Part shown: piece by piece, positions 40,982 through 42,046 of the stretch
Layout: each line of letters begins with the position of its first letter
How positions within the stretch are numbered: the first letter of the stretch is position 1
Assembly: GCA_040222015.1 (NCBI GenBank)
Contig: JAVJWO010000139.1
Span: 1-42,046, forward strand
DNA: 42,046 nucleotides
Origin: Coleofasciculus chthonoplastes F2-STO-03
GTDB lineage: Bacteria; Cyanobacteriota; Cyanobacteriia; Cyanobacteriales; Coleofasciculaceae
Direction: 5' to 3'
Notes under the pieces: model-generated
The model's input: the letters and a program-made list of their open reading frames with translations, nothing else
Database searches by the model: none
Told to the model about the DNA's origin: nothing
Position numbers and translations under genes: made by a program

Positions 40982-41398
40982 TTATCTCAAAGGACAGGTA
41001 ATTTGCTCGGATTCTTTCTCAAGCTGACGCACTAAGTCTTGATCTCCTTTTGCCCTCGCGACGTCTAAGCGACGTTCCAAGGACTGACAGATATTTTCCA
41101 GATGAGTAATGCTGGTTTGCTGAAAGGCTTTTTGGCGCGAATTCTTCAGAAACCAAGAACGAGTTCCGGCTATCGTCATCGGTGTCTCGACTGGCGTAGA
41201 TTTGACAACACGGGGTTTTCCTGTGTGATATCCAGCGCCTCGCCACTTCAAATCATGGGTAGGTGGGGGTTCGGGAATATGTCTGAGATAATGAAATCGC
41301 CAATTTTGACCCCGATAGGTGCCGCCAATCTCGCCTTCGCTTACGTCTAATGTGGATGGTGTTTCATCGTAATGAACACCCCGATAACAACGTTTCAT
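40982..41398 (-). CDS. DUF4278 protein with PirA-like C-terminal domain
   Basis: Start moved to MKRCYRGVHY (AAGGAG RBS); YRG/WRG motifs; HLENICQSLERRLDVARAKGDQDLVRQLEKE. Confidence 0.82.
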   Translation of the reverse strand: MKRCYRGVHYDETPSTLDVSEGEIGGTYRGQNWRFHYLRHIPEPPPTHDLKWRGAGYHTGKPRVVKSTPVETPMTIAGTRSWFLKNSRQKAFQQTSITHLENICQSLERRLDVARAKGDQDLVRQLEKESEQITCPLR

Positions 41399-41466
41399 CT
41401 GCCTTGTCTCCTTTAAGTCTTTTAAAAAAATGGTTTGAATTGAGTGATGTCTAGACTCTAAGCGTC

Positions 41467-41667
41467 TTAGCTGCGCCGATAAGTGACACCTCGATAGGTC
41501 AGTTCCGTTGATCCTTGGCGTCCAACTGACCCTGGGCGTCCCCGGTGCAGCTTCGGCTTGTGAATTTTCCAAGTGTGCCCCCGGTATGTGCCACCAGTCT
41601 CACCTTCGGTTACGTCTGCTATTGATGGCTCTGAATCGTAGTTGACTCCTCGATAATGAAGTTTCAT
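41467..41667 (-). CDS. DUF4278 small protein
   Basis: MKLHYRGVNY, GTYRG, LTYRGVTY; GGAGG RBS. Confidence 0.85.
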   Translation of the reverse strand: MKLHYRGVNYDSEPSIADVTEGETGGTYRGHTWKIHKPKLHRGRPGSVGRQGSTELTYRGVTYRRS

Positions 41668-41803
41668 GGTTCATGCCTCCGATTGATTTCCACCACCAGC
41701 AAATCTTGGCTTGGGGGAAATGGGCTTCTTGCTCTAATTGGACTGAAAATGCATCTGACTTGGGATAGATTCCTGAATTCAGATAGCTTTATCAAAATAT
41801 TTC

Positions 41804-41819
41804 TGTATATATTTTTACA
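41804..41819. promoter_or_regulatory. NtcA binding site
   Basis: TGTA-TATATTTT-TACA, a perfect GTA-N8-TAC, ~137 nt upstream of the DUF4278 genes. Confidence 0.7.
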
Positions 41820-41900
41820 TTTTTAAGCCAAAAGTGTCAATTATCCAGAAATGATCACATAAAAGTGGTGATTTCCCACCAATTCCAGTACCGAGGCGAT

Positions 41901-41936
41901 GAGGGAGTAGGGGGAGTAGGGGGAGCAGGGGGAGCA
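41901..41936. repeat. 9-mer tandem repeat
   Basis: GAGGGAGTA GGGGGAGTA GGGGGAGCA GGGGGAGCA. Confidence 0.85.
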
Positions 41937-42046
41937 CTCGGTCGTAACCGTACACGAAGGACACCGCCGGTCGAACTGCGGCGACGCCGCCCGAGTTGCA
42001 CACGGTCGCCTCGACTGAGCCTGGCGCCCCAACCTCGAACGACGCG
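41937..42046 (-). other. High-GC foreign fragment, CARDB/Ig-like coding
   Basis: 76/110 GC; minus-strand frame reads ..GSVEATVCNSGGVAAVRPAVSF.. Confidence 0.5.

Noticed and set aside
41399..41572. N-terminal extension of the 196-aa ORF
   Set aside because: It overlaps the upstream DUF4278 gene in another frame; the RBS supports a start at 41398
41668..41800. Glutamine riboswitch (glnA or Downstream-peptide motif) upstream of DUF4278
   Set aside because: I could not find the CGTTC../GGAAG core by eye; cmsearch would settle it

Overview
Chromosomal DNA of a cyanobacterium: it carries psaA-psaB, more than 25 HIP1 GCGATCGC sites counted by eye, and abundant GTAG-type REP palindromes. The repeat style suggests a filamentous Coleofasciculus/Microcoleus-like organism (inference). 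Core genes include a MacB-type ABC permease and ATPase, a roadblock/DUF4388/MglA-like GTPase cluster, aspS, a thioredoxin-NHL protein, psaA, psaB, cysH, an osmoprotectant-binding protein, DUF928, a metallophosphoesterase and hisC. Between psaB and cysH lies an ~11.6 kb decaying defence/TA island scaffolded by a repeated cassette (70-aa XRE regulator, HIP1 hairpin leader, 156-aa unknown gene) with different cargo after each copy. Most notable observations: (1) a 500-bp iscB-less omegaRNA/HEARO element cleanly splitting a DUF3226 gene; (2) an uncharacterised operon at 38343-40898 of DUF2589/Trypco-like paralogues, one with an amphipathic beta-hairpin; (3) the XRE cassette array; (4) an exact HIP1 junction fusing two headless genes; (5) a DUF4278-PirA-like fusion under a perfect NtcA box. 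The last ~110 nt look foreign (69% GC), possibly a chimeric contig end. All family assignments come from motif recognition by eye, not from database searches.
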